Source: Candidatus Heimdallarchaeota archaeon
Lineage (GTDB): Archaea; Asgardarchaeota; Heimdallarchaeia; Hodarchaeales; Hodarchaeaceae
Direction: 5' to 3'
Length of the DNA: 40,901 nt
Assembly (NCBI GenBank): GCA_048881705.1
Contig: JBHLSH010000028.1
Span: 1-40,901, forward strand
Part shown: positions 1 through 8,777 of the stretch, in pieces
Layout of the letters: every line of letters begins with the position of its first letter
How positions within the stretch are numbered: the stretch's first letter is position 1
Notes under the pieces: generated by a model
Seen by the model: the letters and a program-made list of their open reading frames with translations, nothing else
Database searches by the model: none
What the model was told of the DNA's origin: nothing
Program-made: the position numbers and the translations under genes

Positions 1-725
1 AGGTCTAGGTCTTCAGCCAAAGTTTCAGAGCTCCAACCTCCTATCGTATTAATCACATCGCGTTTCCAAATCCCTCCGCTCCCATTAAAAGTAATAAAGG
101 CGTTTCGTTTCAATCGTCCGGGTTTCTCAACAAGGAAATGTCCGTCAAGCCCTATCGACATCGCCCGAGTAAATAGCGAGTAATGCAGATTTCTATGATT
201 CCAGCGTGTTTGAACGGCACCGAGATATTGATTCGACTTAAAATAATGAACAGAACGTTGTATAAAACTGGGATCGATTTGAAAATCCGCATCAAAAATT
301 GCAACAAGATCAGATTGGATTTGTTTCAAACCATGGGCGAGTGCCCCAGCTTTATATCCAGTACGGTTCGAACGACGGACTATGTCCACGTGAACACCTT
401 TTTGGCAAAGAATGGAAACCTCCTGATCGAGTTTTTCCGATGTTACATCCGTGGAATCATCGATTATCTGAACCCTCAGCCGATCAGGTGGATACAGTAG
501 GTTTGCAATATTTTTAAGCGTACTTCGGATTATGCGAGGTTCGTTATAAACGGGGATCTGGATTGCTACGGTTGGAAGTTCAGATTCTTCATAATACTCT
601 GTAATTGGGGGATCAACCCATCTAGAGGAAGAAAGGGCTAGAAATAATAGATTAATAGGGTAAGGGACCAGTAATATTCCTGAACATATATTTATTAGAA
701 GTAATAGGAAAAAAAACTCGTCCAT
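1..725 (-). CDS. Glycosyltransferase family 2, cellulose-synthase-like (3' end beyond window edge)
   Basis: Not in the ORF track; translated by hand from ATG at 725: MDEFFFLLLLINICSGILLVPYPINLLFLALSSSRW (TM), then LPTVAIQIPVYNE, QIIDDSTD, GYKAGAL, IFDADF (DxD), FNGSGGIWKRDVINTIGGW, TLAEDLDL (TED-like motif). The frame is open to position 1. Confidence 0.9.
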   Translation of the reverse strand, partial: MDEFFFLLLLINICSGILLVPYPINLLFLALSSSRWVDPPITEYYEESELPTVAIQIPVYNEPRIIRSTLKNIANLLYPPDRLRVQIIDDSTDVTSEKLDQEVSILCQKGVHVDIVRRSNRTGYKAGALAHGLKQIQSDLVAIFDADFQIDPSFIQRSVHYFKSNQYLGAVQTRWNHRNLHYSLFTRAMSIGLDGHFLVEKPGRLKRNAFITFNGSGGIWKRDVINTIGGWSSETLAEDLD

Positions 726-858
726 TTCGAACCGACTCTAGTCTAGGGGTAGATAATGGATTTTTTGATGGGTTTTGTAATTAGCTTTTTAACGAGGCCT
801 GATTCGTTGAGGCTGCCGCAGCAACACCTTATAAACGAGTTCCGAGCTCGTTAACCCG

Positions 859-2385
859 TTGGAGCTGGAAGAAGTGCATGAAAAACCTATCTCTACGCTA
901 GAAATGAGCATTATTGATGTTAATTCCGAGTTCCTTGGTGTGAGCCGTCATCTACTTATGGAAAACGCCGGTCGGGGGATAGCTGATTTAGCTTGGAAAA
1001 TCTGCCAGGAAACCAACAGAAGTGAGATTATTATTTTTGCTGGAAAAGGTGGAAACGGGGGTGACGGGATGGTAGCAGCTCGTCATCTTGCTTGGCACCT
1101 CCCGATTACTGTATACTTAATGGGTTCTAGCCATGCGATAAATAAAGGCAGTACCAAAACAAATTGGAAAATTCTATGCCAAATGACCAATACTGTCAGG
1201 ACGGTCGAAATCAAGGATAGTACAGATGTCACAAAAATAAAAACTCACCCAAAAGCTTTAATTATTGACGCATTACTTGGGACAGGTATACGTGGAGAGA
1301 TGAAAAACCCCATCCTCTCAATACTTGAGAAAATCAACTCTTGGAAAAAAAAAGGTGCATTTGTCATCAGTATTGATACCCCAACGGGTGTAGATCCAAA
1401 TACTGGACAATTGTCAAATATCTTCTTAACCCCTCAAAGGACGTTTTGTCTACATAGACCGAAAAAAGGCTTATCTACAGAAAATTCTGGCCGGATAGAC
1501 GTCATTTCGATTGGAGTTCCCCCCGAAGCTGAGGAAATAGTTGGGCCAGGCGATTTATTGGCGCTAAAAACTAGGCAATCTTGGTCAAAAAAAGGGGATC
1601 ATGGGAAAATCCTTGTTATTGGAGGAAACGAGACCTATTCTGGTGCTCCTACCCTGGCTGCAATGGCAGCGATTCGTGCAGGGACAGATCTCGTGACAAT
1701 TCTTACTCCAGATAATATAAGCGCAGCAATTAGATCTTATTCTCCTGAATTAATTGTTCAACCCCTTTCAACGCCTCATCTAGCAAAAGAATCGATCACA
1801 TTAGATTTAATCTCGCAAAATGACGTTGTTTTGCTGGGTCCAGGCCTTGGCACCCATCCAGATACCGCGGAAGCCGTCAAATCGATTCTCGATATGGTCA
1901 AGAGCCAGAAGAAACCAATCGTGATCGACGCGGATGCGCTTAAATTAATCGATACTAAACTCCTATCTGAACAAACTATTCTCACCCCTCACTCTGGGGA
2001 GTTTGAGCGACTTACAGGAAAGAAACTTCCAACAGGAAGGAATCAGTTTGAAAACCGAAAACAATTGGTCTATCAAGCAACCAGCAGTTCTCCAAACATA
2101 TGGGTCGTGAAGGGACATTGGGATATTGTCGCAGATACAAATTACTTGAAGGTTAACAAGACAGGAACCCCTCTCATGACTCGAGGAGGAACTGGTGATG
2201 TTCTTGCAGGAATTATCGCGGGGTTGATTCCCCAAACGGCTTCGTTATTTTATGCAGCCTGTATTGGGGTTTACCTTAACGGACGGGCTGGAGAACTTTC
2301 AATTCAGAACTTCTCTTTACCTCAGCTGCTCCAACATATACCCCTTGCAATCCAAGAAGGATTGGACTTCATAAGGAAAGAATGA
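859..2385 (+). CDS. nnr: Bifunctional NAD(P)HX epimerase/dehydratase (YjeF N + C)
   Basis: LMENAG, GKGGNGGDG, DALLGTG, SIDTPTG (epimerase); GSKKGDHG-like segment, GPGLG, VIDADAL, LTPHSGEF, GGTGDVLAG (dehydratase). TTG start. Confidence 0.95.
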   Translation: MELEEVHEKPISTLEMSIIDVNSEFLGVSRHLLMENAGRGIADLAWKICQETNRSEIIIFAGKGGNGGDGMVAARHLAWHLPITVYLMGSSHAINKGSTKTNWKILCQMTNTVRTVEIKDSTDVTKIKTHPKALIIDALLGTGIRGEMKNPILSILEKINSWKKKGAFVISIDTPTGVDPNTGQLSNIFLTPQRTFCLHRPKKGLSTENSGRIDVISIGVPPEAEEIVGPGDLLALKTRQSWSKKGDHGKILVIGGNETYSGAPTLAAMAAIRAGTDLVTILTPDNISAAIRSYSPELIVQPLSTPHLAKESITLDLISQNDVVLLGPGLGTHPDTAEAVKSILDMVKSQKKPIVIDADALKLIDTKLLSEQTILTPHSGEFERLTGKKLPTGRNQFENRKQLVYQATSSSPNIWVVKGHWDIVADTNYLKVNKTGTPLMTRGGTGDVLAGIIAGLIPQTASLFYAACIGVYLNGRAGELSIQNFSLPQLLQHIPLAIQEGLDFIRKE

Positions 2386-2389
2386 GAAG

Positions 2390-2986
2390 TTAAGCCGCGG
2401 GCGTGGCCATGACCTCGAATGCTTCGATTTCTTCTAAAATGGAATAAATCTTTTCAATGGATTGATATACATATTCTTCTTTCTTCGCACCAGTGCAAAC
2501 CAATTTTCCTGATTGGAATAATAGTAGGACCACTTTAGGTTCCTGCATACGATATATAAGACCAGGAAACTGTTCTGGTTCATACATTGAGTGCTCTAGT
2601 AAAAGGGCTGCCAATTCCAGATTAATTCGTTTTCCCAGAGTCCCCGATGCCACGATGTTTTGAACCGTAATCGTTGCTTCATGTTTAACATTATGCCCCG
2701 CCTGTCGCAGAAGCTCCGAAATCACCTCAACTGCTTCTTCAATCATAGGAACCGATTTTGCCCCCGTAACAACAAGTTTTCCACTACTGAAGACTAGGAT
2801 AGAAACTTTTGGCTTTTTTATCTTCACCACAACGCCAGGAAACTGTTCAGGAATATATGAGACCTGTACATCCCCTGGCAAACGGCTAGCCGCTCGTTCC
2901 AGCTTAATTTTACAACGTAGGTCAACTGATGCCACAACATTCTGCACTTCGGCGTATAAATCTGCTTTTTTTTCATCGTCTGACAA
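2390..2986 (-). CDS. tbp: TATA-box binding protein
   Basis: Two TBP repeats: QNVVAS...YIPEQFPG...VFSSGKLVVTGAK and QNIVAS...YEPEQFPGLIYR...LFQSGKLVCTGAK. ORF is open to 2998; TTG at 2986 preferred because an SD-like GGTGA (2992-2996, minus strand) lies 5 nt upstream. Confidence 0.97.
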   Translation of the reverse strand: MSDDEKKADLYAEVQNVVASVDLRCKIKLERAASRLPGDVQVSYIPEQFPGVVVKIKKPKVSILVFSSGKLVVTGAKSVPMIEEAVEVISELLRQAGHNVKHEATITVQNIVASGTLGKRINLELAALLLEHSMYEPEQFPGLIYRMQEPKVVLLLFQSGKLVCTGAKKEEYVYQSIEKIYSILEEIEAFEVMATPAA

Positions 2987-3067
2987 GAAAATCACCAAAG
3001 ATTCGGTTTACCGAACCCACCATTTGAATGGTCTATCCAGCTTTCTCTAATTGGCCATTCGTTTCAA

Positions 3068-3089
3068 AGTTTATAAGTGAGTTTATAAA
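3068..3089. promoter_or_regulatory. Tandem TATA-like elements in the tbp/tfb divergent region
   Basis: Direct repeat AGTTTATAA at 3068-3076 and 3080-3088; the second copy contains palindromic TTTATAAA (3082-3089). About 85-100 nt upstream of the tbp start. Confidence 0.5.
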
Positions 3090-3487
3090 GTGTAAAAAGA
3101 TACCATCTGAAAATATGGTTCCATACCCTTAATAAGGCTTTAAACGACATTAAAGTCTCGAGAACGCACATCAGTCATTCACATGAGAGCAATAACAACT
3201 GAATTCCGTTGACATGAGTAGTTAAAGTCCTTTTTCTTATCTCTGAAACATAAATTCTTGTAATACAACCATACCAGCATTAAACATGCGGATAAATCAT
3301 TTATAACAAACTCCCTGTAATCAGAAGCGATCCACTGGAATTTGAATGATTTACGACATGCATATGGAATAGCAAAAATGTTAGATCCCAAGAACTTATA
3401 AACTCCCCTTTTAAATCTTTGCCCAGCAATCTGAGCTAGCGGAACCTTCCCACAAGCATGAGGAACTTTGGAGGGGTTGTTGATTTG

Positions 3488-4432
3488 ATGTCACAAAAAA
3501 CCCAAAATGGAAAATGTCCTGAATGTGGTTCTGTCGATATTGTAAATGATATGACAAAGGGCACCTCGATTTGTGCTTCATGTGGCCTTGTATTAGAAAC
3601 GCGGATAGATCTCGGTCCCGAATGGCGGGCGTACGATTCGAATGAAATGGCAGAGAGGGCGCGCACGGGTAGTCCAATTACTCCGCTAAAACCTGAAATG
3701 GGTTTACGTACTCAAATCGGCAGTATTCGCAAAGATATATCTGGAAGAACCTTATCTTACGCATCCCAAACCAAATACCGCCGCCTATCACGGATCGATA
3801 ATCGAACACGGAAATCAGAAATAAGGAATCTTCGTCTCGCTCTCAAGGAATTAAAGCGTATAAAGAGTCATCTTGAACTTCCTGAAGATGTAGCAGAGAT
3901 GGGAGCACGTATTTACAGAAGAGCATTAAAGAAAAACCTAATCCGTGGACGATCAATAGATTGTATGGTGGCTGCAAGTTTATATTTGGCATCTCGAAAG
4001 AAAAGGTTGCCACAGACATTGAAAGATATTGCTGCGGTTTCCTATATCTCGACGAAGGATTTAGGCCGCTGCATCAGAATTATTTTACATAAACTTGATC
4101 TTAAAGTGAGTCAAAGTGACTATCGGGGCCTGGTGCATCGATTAGGTGTAAATCTACGGGTCTCAATGAAAGTTCGGCGCAAAGCTGTTGAAATCCTCAA
4201 CATTGCCAGGAGACATGGAGCTACAGTGGGAAAGAACCCAATGTCGTTGGCAGCAGCAGCCATTTACATAGCATCCATCCAGACTGGTGAACGCAGAACT
4301 CAGCAGGAAATATCGACGGTAGCCCGAATCACCCCTGTAACTATTCGAAACCGCTTTAAAGAGCTGATCAGAATCCTAGAGGATGAAGCGAAACAGGCTG
4401 GGACTGATCCGCTCCGTACTTTGTTAACCTGA
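3488..4432 (+). CDS. tfb: Transcription initiation factor IIB
   Basis: Zn ribbon CPECG...CASCG, B-reader GPEWRAY, two cyclin repeats (LIRGRSI, GKNP...AAAAIYIAS, TIRNRFKEL). ORF is open from 3458; ATG at 3488 is the likely start. Confidence 0.97.
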   Translation: MSQKTQNGKCPECGSVDIVNDMTKGTSICASCGLVLETRIDLGPEWRAYDSNEMAERARTGSPITPLKPEMGLRTQIGSIRKDISGRTLSYASQTKYRRLSRIDNRTRKSEIRNLRLALKELKRIKSHLELPEDVAEMGARIYRRALKKNLIRGRSIDCMVAASLYLASRKKRLPQTLKDIAAVSYISTKDLGRCIRIILHKLDLKVSQSDYRGLVHRLGVNLRVSMKVRRKAVEILNIARRHGATVGKNPMSLAAAAIYIASIQTGERRTQQEISTVARITPVTIRNRFKELIRILEDEAKQAGTDPLRTLLT

Positions 4433-4449
4433 CAATTCTCAAAATGAGC

Positions 4450-5151
4450 TCAGTTGACTTCTTCAACTGAAGATACCTGCCCATCCCGAATGTGAAAGAT
4501 TCTATTAGATTGCCGGGCTATGTTAATGTCATGAGTTACTAGAATCGTTGTTTGACCAAGCTCTCTATTTAGCTCCTTTAGTAAATCCAAAACCGCATCT
4601 CCCGTTTCAGTATCTAAATCTCCTGTTGGTTCATCTGCAAGCAAGATGGAAGGATTATTGGCTAAAGAGCGCGCAATGGCGACACGTTGACGCTCCCCAC
4701 CGCTCAACTCGTCAGGTTTGTGGTCTTTTCGTTCAATCAAACCGACTTTTTCTAAAAGACTTAGAGCTCGCTCTTGACGTTCTTCTTTGGGAACGCCTGC
4801 AATTAACATAGGGAGCTCGACATTCTCGAGCGAAGTTAAAACTGGCAAAAGGTTGTAGAATTGGAATACAAATCCCACTTTCGCTCTTCGTATTTCCGTG
4901 AGTTCCTTTTCGGAAGCAGCCGAGATATCTCTGCCCTCCAAGAGTATTTTTCCTGATGAGGGCCGGTCTAAAGATCCAATCAGGTTTAAAAGCGTCGTCT
5001 TTCCGCATCCAGAAGGCCCCATAATTGAAACCATCTCGCCTCGTTTGATTTCCACGGAAATTCCGCGTAGAGCGTCTACTCGGATGCCTTCACCGAGTAT
5101 ATAGCTCTTTCTGAGATCTACACACTTAACAATGACATCATTCTTTGACAG
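4450..5151 (-). CDS. ABC transporter ATP-binding protein, LolD/MacB family (no adjacent permease)
   Basis: Walker A GPSGCGKT, Q-loop FQFYNL, signature LSGGERQRVAIAR, Walker B LLADEPTG, H-loop VTHD. Track start is 5055, but the frame continues to a CTG at 5151 with GGAGG 8 nt upstream, restoring the usual N-terminal strands (VIVKCVDLRKSY...DALRGIS). Confidence 0.93.
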   Translation of the reverse strand: MSKNDVIVKCVDLRKSYILGEGIRVDALRGISVEIKRGEMVSIMGPSGCGKTTLLNLIGSLDRPSSGKILLEGRDISAASEKELTEIRRAKVGFVFQFYNLLPVLTSLENVELPMLIAGVPKEERQERALSLLEKVGLIERKDHKPDELSGGERQRVAIARSLANNPSILLADEPTGDLDTETGDAVLDLLKELNRELGQTTILVTHDINIARQSNRIFHIRDGQVSSVEEVN

Positions 5152-5288
5152 GCAATCCGCCTCCTATTATTCATAACCAGGCCTAGGTTTTCCTAAAATT
5201 CTCGCAATATAACGAAATAGGTTTCAATTTAAAATTATTTTTAACTGTGCGGATATCATCTGTTGGAATCTGAAGGAAGGAACCATTC

Positions 5289-5693
5289 GTGATAGAACAA
5301 CTGCTAAAAAACCCAATATCTATACCAATACTTCAATTACTTGCCAAAGAACCATCGAATATTCCTCAAATCGCAGCAGAACTCCAAATTGAGCTTTTAC
5401 CTTGCATTGCAGTGGTGAGTGAACTGTTCCATTTTGGCCTGGTTCTACCAGCTCAGAAGTCGTCCAACGAGCAGATACACCCGAGTAAATATCTCAATGA
5501 TCTGACTAATACATCATTGGGACTTCCAATGCAGGAATACCTCGCCCTATGGGAGGGTCTTCAACAGAACGAAGATCAAGTTGATCAGGAACGACTCAAA
5601 CGCCAAGTATTCACGGTTCCACCCGACCTAGTCCCAACACTGAAGCAGCATGAACCTGAAGAGATCCGAGCTTTACTTTTAGGCAAGCTTTAG
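5289..5693 (+). CDS. Hypothetical protein, ArsR-like winged-helix with long wing insertion
   Basis: NPISIPILQLLAKEPSNIPQIAAELQIE...VVSELFHFGLV matches the ArsR/wHTH helix pattern. GTG start with purine-rich GGAAGGAAGG upstream. Confidence 0.55.
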   Translation: MIEQLLKNPISIPILQLLAKEPSNIPQIAAELQIELLPCIAVVSELFHFGLVLPAQKSSNEQIHPSKYLNDLTNTSLGLPMQEYLALWEGLQQNEDQVDQERLKRQVFTVPPDLVPTLKQHEPEEIRALLLGKL

Positions 5694-5825
5694 GTGAAAA
5701 TGCTATAAACAAATTTTGTATGCAAAAGATTTTTCAACTGGCTTAAAGGAAGCATCTACGCGGGTTATATCCATCATATTGAGATTATCCTCCTTTATTC
5801 TTCATTTTTAGGGATATGGTTTGCG

Positions 5826-7442
5826 GTGTATAGGCAAAATGCCGTATTAAACGATTTTATTAACTTTTTAAAGGCCCGGGGTCGATTTCGATCAATTGAA
5901 TTCGTTGAAAATACGGTCCAAGCAATTCCTCGCATTCCTGATCTACCCTCTCTGATTTTCTACATTGAACAATCAGGGGCTGAGCAATATTACACACTTG
6001 AAATCACAGGAAACGAATCCGCGGTTATGAACAGAGAGATACGAGAGTTCTTTGCAGGTCATGCTAACGTGTTGATAGACACAAAAACAAAATATTTTTT
6101 GACTTCTGGCGCAGGTGAAACGTTCACCATTGAACTTACGGGAATTGGACCCCCATTCGAAAAACTTGACGCAGAAATCTTGGATCTCATTAGTGCACAG
6201 AATTATAACACCACTGGTATCCAAAAAACACTAGTTTTCGGTCGGGCTGAAGCACCTCTCATTTCCAGAAGTCCACCTGCCGCTATGCCATCATCTAGAC
6301 CCTCTCCAGGATCAAATTTTGAACCGCAACCTACATCTCCTCCCATACCTTCTAAAGCCTCTCCTAAAATTCAGAACAAGCCATCAACGCCCTCTTATCG
6401 ACCCAATCAGTCCTCCTCCGAATCTTCAATGGCCATTGCTGCAGAAATCCCTCATACCGAAGCCCACTCATTGGATACTCTCGAATACGATACAGACTTA
6501 GACAAAGGAACGGATGAAAAGCTGGAGGATCGAAACATAGAGGAGACCCAATTGACTGATGTTGAAAAAGACAATGATCCAGACCTTTTTCATCCATCCC
6601 TCCCTGATAGGGAATATTCGGATGACGTAGCACCATATCTTAAACAAACTACATCTCTCTTCCGACGAGATAATTGGGAAGAGGATTTACCATCAGAACT
6701 TGAAATGGAAATCCTAGAACGAACTTATCACAGGATAAAACATAGAACTAAACCAGAAATTCTAGCATCGGATATGGGTATGACCGTATCGGAGGCCGAA
6801 ATGTATTTACGTTCACTTATCACCAAGGGTCTTCTAAGAACTCAAGTAGGATGGTTTATTATAAAAAAAAGTCATCTTCCGTTTTTTAAAAAGACATTCG
6901 CAGATATCGATGCCAAACGGAAGAAAACGAAGAAATCACCGAGGATATCACGGGTCGGTGAGGGCCTTACCACAGAAGAAATCTCCACCATAAAAGCAAT
7001 TAAATCGCGGCCAAATCTTAAGGCACAATCTAATCTATTAACGCGCCCTACAGGATTAAAACAAAGCGTTCTAAAAGAAGTTTTGCGTAACTTAGTAGAC
7101 AAAGGTATATTACGGGTATCCTATGGTTGGTACATTCTAAAAGACAAGAATATACTAGAACACAGGCGTAGTGCCCAGTTTATGGAACAAAAAGTCCCTC
7201 AACGCCAATTCGAGACTCCATCTGGCTTGAAACTTACATCCGAAGAACAACAAGTAATTCAGGCCCTATTACAAAGGCCCAATTATAAAGCGCAAACCAA
7301 TTTACTTTCTCCAGAGGTCAAATTGCCGAAAGATCAAATTAAACATGCGTTACGATCTCTTGTAGACAAGGGTATAGCCCAAGTAAAATTCGGATGGTAT
7401 CAGCTACTCAATCCCTCAACGTTTCAGGTCGACGGTTCATAA
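5826..7442 (+). CDS. Hypothetical protein: N-terminal alpha/beta domain, Pro/Ser and acidic linkers, three tandem winged-helix repeats
   Basis: 538-aa ORF. Repeats at aa ~288-347, 381-439 and 470-528 each end LxxKG...GW[FY]; repeats 2 and 3 share 30/58 identities (counted by hand). Confidence 0.8.
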   Translation: MYRQNAVLNDFINFLKARGRFRSIEFVENTVQAIPRIPDLPSLIFYIEQSGAEQYYTLEITGNESAVMNREIREFFAGHANVLIDTKTKYFLTSGAGETFTIELTGIGPPFEKLDAEILDLISAQNYNTTGIQKTLVFGRAEAPLISRSPPAAMPSSRPSPGSNFEPQPTSPPIPSKASPKIQNKPSTPSYRPNQSSSESSMAIAAEIPHTEAHSLDTLEYDTDLDKGTDEKLEDRNIEETQLTDVEKDNDPDLFHPSLPDREYSDDVAPYLKQTTSLFRRDNWEEDLPSELEMEILERTYHRIKHRTKPEILASDMGMTVSEAEMYLRSLITKGLLRTQVGWFIIKKSHLPFFKKTFADIDAKRKKTKKSPRISRVGEGLTTEEISTIKAIKSRPNLKAQSNLLTRPTGLKQSVLKEVLRNLVDKGILRVSYGWYILKDKNILEHRRSAQFMEQKVPQRQFETPSGLKLTSEEQQVIQALLQRPNYKAQTNLLSPEVKLPKDQIKHALRSLVDKGIAQVKFGWYQLLNPSTFQVDGS

Positions 7443-7564
7443 GGTCAAATTACTTGAGAAACGCCATCGTTCGAAAGGTAAAACAATAAATTTATGAAGG
7501 CCTTTGGATAAATATACCTAAAAACATGCTGAAATATCGAATATAATTACAAAGAGAGAATAAA

Positions 7565-8323
7565 ATGACAACGAAAGTCCATGGTGTTGTGACATCTCCG
7601 GTGACGTCAGAAAAGGCCACTGATGGCGCAGTCGTAAAACCAGTAACAGTCACCAAGAAAAAACGATTTCACGATGACAAGCTCATGCTTTCTACTCTCC
7701 TGATCGCAGCCACGATTACTGTTCTTTTATATACTGTACCAGATTGGGTTTTCCTAGAAATACCCACCAGAGACATTATCCATATGCTGTTAAATTTCGC
7801 AGGAATAGAAAACAGCTTGATTCCGAATGGAAATCCGACACGAGTCATTCCAGAGTTTCTGCGAGGCGGGTTGTTCCCCTTTTTGGAGGCTACCGCTAAA
7901 ACCCCAGGAATTTACATTCCTTCTACAAATGGAGACTACTGGATAGTCAAAGCCTGTACTGGGATGCAGGCTGGTGGATTGCTAATTGCCCTCATTATGG
8001 TAACGGAGGCCCCCTGGTTAGCTCGCCTTCGCGCTAGCATTGCCTTCTTTATAGCCTTATTTATTGGTAATGCCCTAAGAATCGCGTTTCATTTATGGTC
8101 GGTTCATTTTTTGGTTTCTCAGATGGGAATGGATCCCGAAACAGCATTTTACTGGGCCCATGATGTCTCCTCGAAGGTTATTGGATTCTTCGGAACGATT
8201 TTTTTCGCATTCTTAATTGAAAAATGGGGTCCCGTACCCATAATAGACCAGTTTGCCGATTGGCTGGATTATTTCTGGTACCGAATAAGTTCGCTTTATT
8301 CTTGGGTTCTAGGTAATCGATAA
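7565..8323 (+). CDS. Exosortase/archaeosortase family transpeptidase
   Basis: Multi-TM protein with IVKACTGMQ (catalytic Cys), GNALRI (Arg) and WAHD (His), the family's catalytic-triad pattern. Confidence 0.85.
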   Translation: MTTKVHGVVTSPVTSEKATDGAVVKPVTVTKKKRFHDDKLMLSTLLIAATITVLLYTVPDWVFLEIPTRDIIHMLLNFAGIENSLIPNGNPTRVIPEFLRGGLFPFLEATAKTPGIYIPSTNGDYWIVKACTGMQAGGLLIALIMVTEAPWLARLRASIAFFIALFIGNALRIAFHLWSVHFLVSQMGMDPETAFYWAHDVSSKVIGFFGTIFFAFLIEKWGPVPIIDQFADWLDYFWYRISSLYSWVLGNR

Positions 8324-8503
8324 GGCCTTTTGCCAGTTTTTTCAGAAGATTACAACCTCAAGATTCAGGGATGGCGATCTGCGCATATGAATCAAATGGA
8401 TCAGTATGAACAAAAAAGATCATAAGTTGCAGAAGCACCAAGATAATAAAGATCATTAAATGTTCTGATAGTTCGAATAGAAAGATCAATGGTGGCCTAA
8501 TAA

Positions 8504-8689
8504 TTGAGTACATTGCGAAAAAGTAGACGAAAGGATGATTCTCCCATGCCAGCCACGGGAGCAGGCCTGATAAGATTCTATTCAGAAAGTGATTCACCAG
8601 GTTTAAAATTGGGACCCATGTGGACTGCTGTGATTGCAGCTGTGTTCGTTGCTTTCATTCTTTTATTAAACATTCTTGGACCTAGATAA
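8504..8689 (+). CDS. sec61b: Preprotein translocase subunit Sec61beta
   Basis: Basic N-terminus, AGLIRFY...KLGP motif and a single C-terminal TM helix. Confidence 0.9.
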   Translation: MSTLRKSRRKDDSPMPATGAGLIRFYSESDSPGLKLGPMWTAVIAAVFVAFILLLNILGPR

Positions 8690-8777
8690 TTTTTGACTTC
8701 CTCTCATTTAATTACCGCAAACTTCAATCATTCTGCTCAAAAAACTCTGACAATAATAAATACGTTGGTGGGAATAA

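Noticed and set aside
183-517. Plus-strand ORFs 183-500 and 299-517 and other antisense or nested ORFs in the track
   Set aside because: Shadows of well-supported genes on the opposite strand or another frame; here the GT2 gene on the minus strand.
3179-3391. 70-aa minus-strand ORF between tbp and tfb
   Set aside because: No recognisable motif, atypical composition, and it lies in a probable promoter region.
7840-7870. VIPEF within the archaeosortase resembles the PEF-CTERM motif
   Set aside because: It is internal and not followed by a terminal TM and basic tail; probably coincidental.
8358-8597. 79-aa hydrophobic minus-strand ORF
   Set aside because: Overlaps sec61beta antisense and its promoter; likely a chance ORF in AT-rich DNA.
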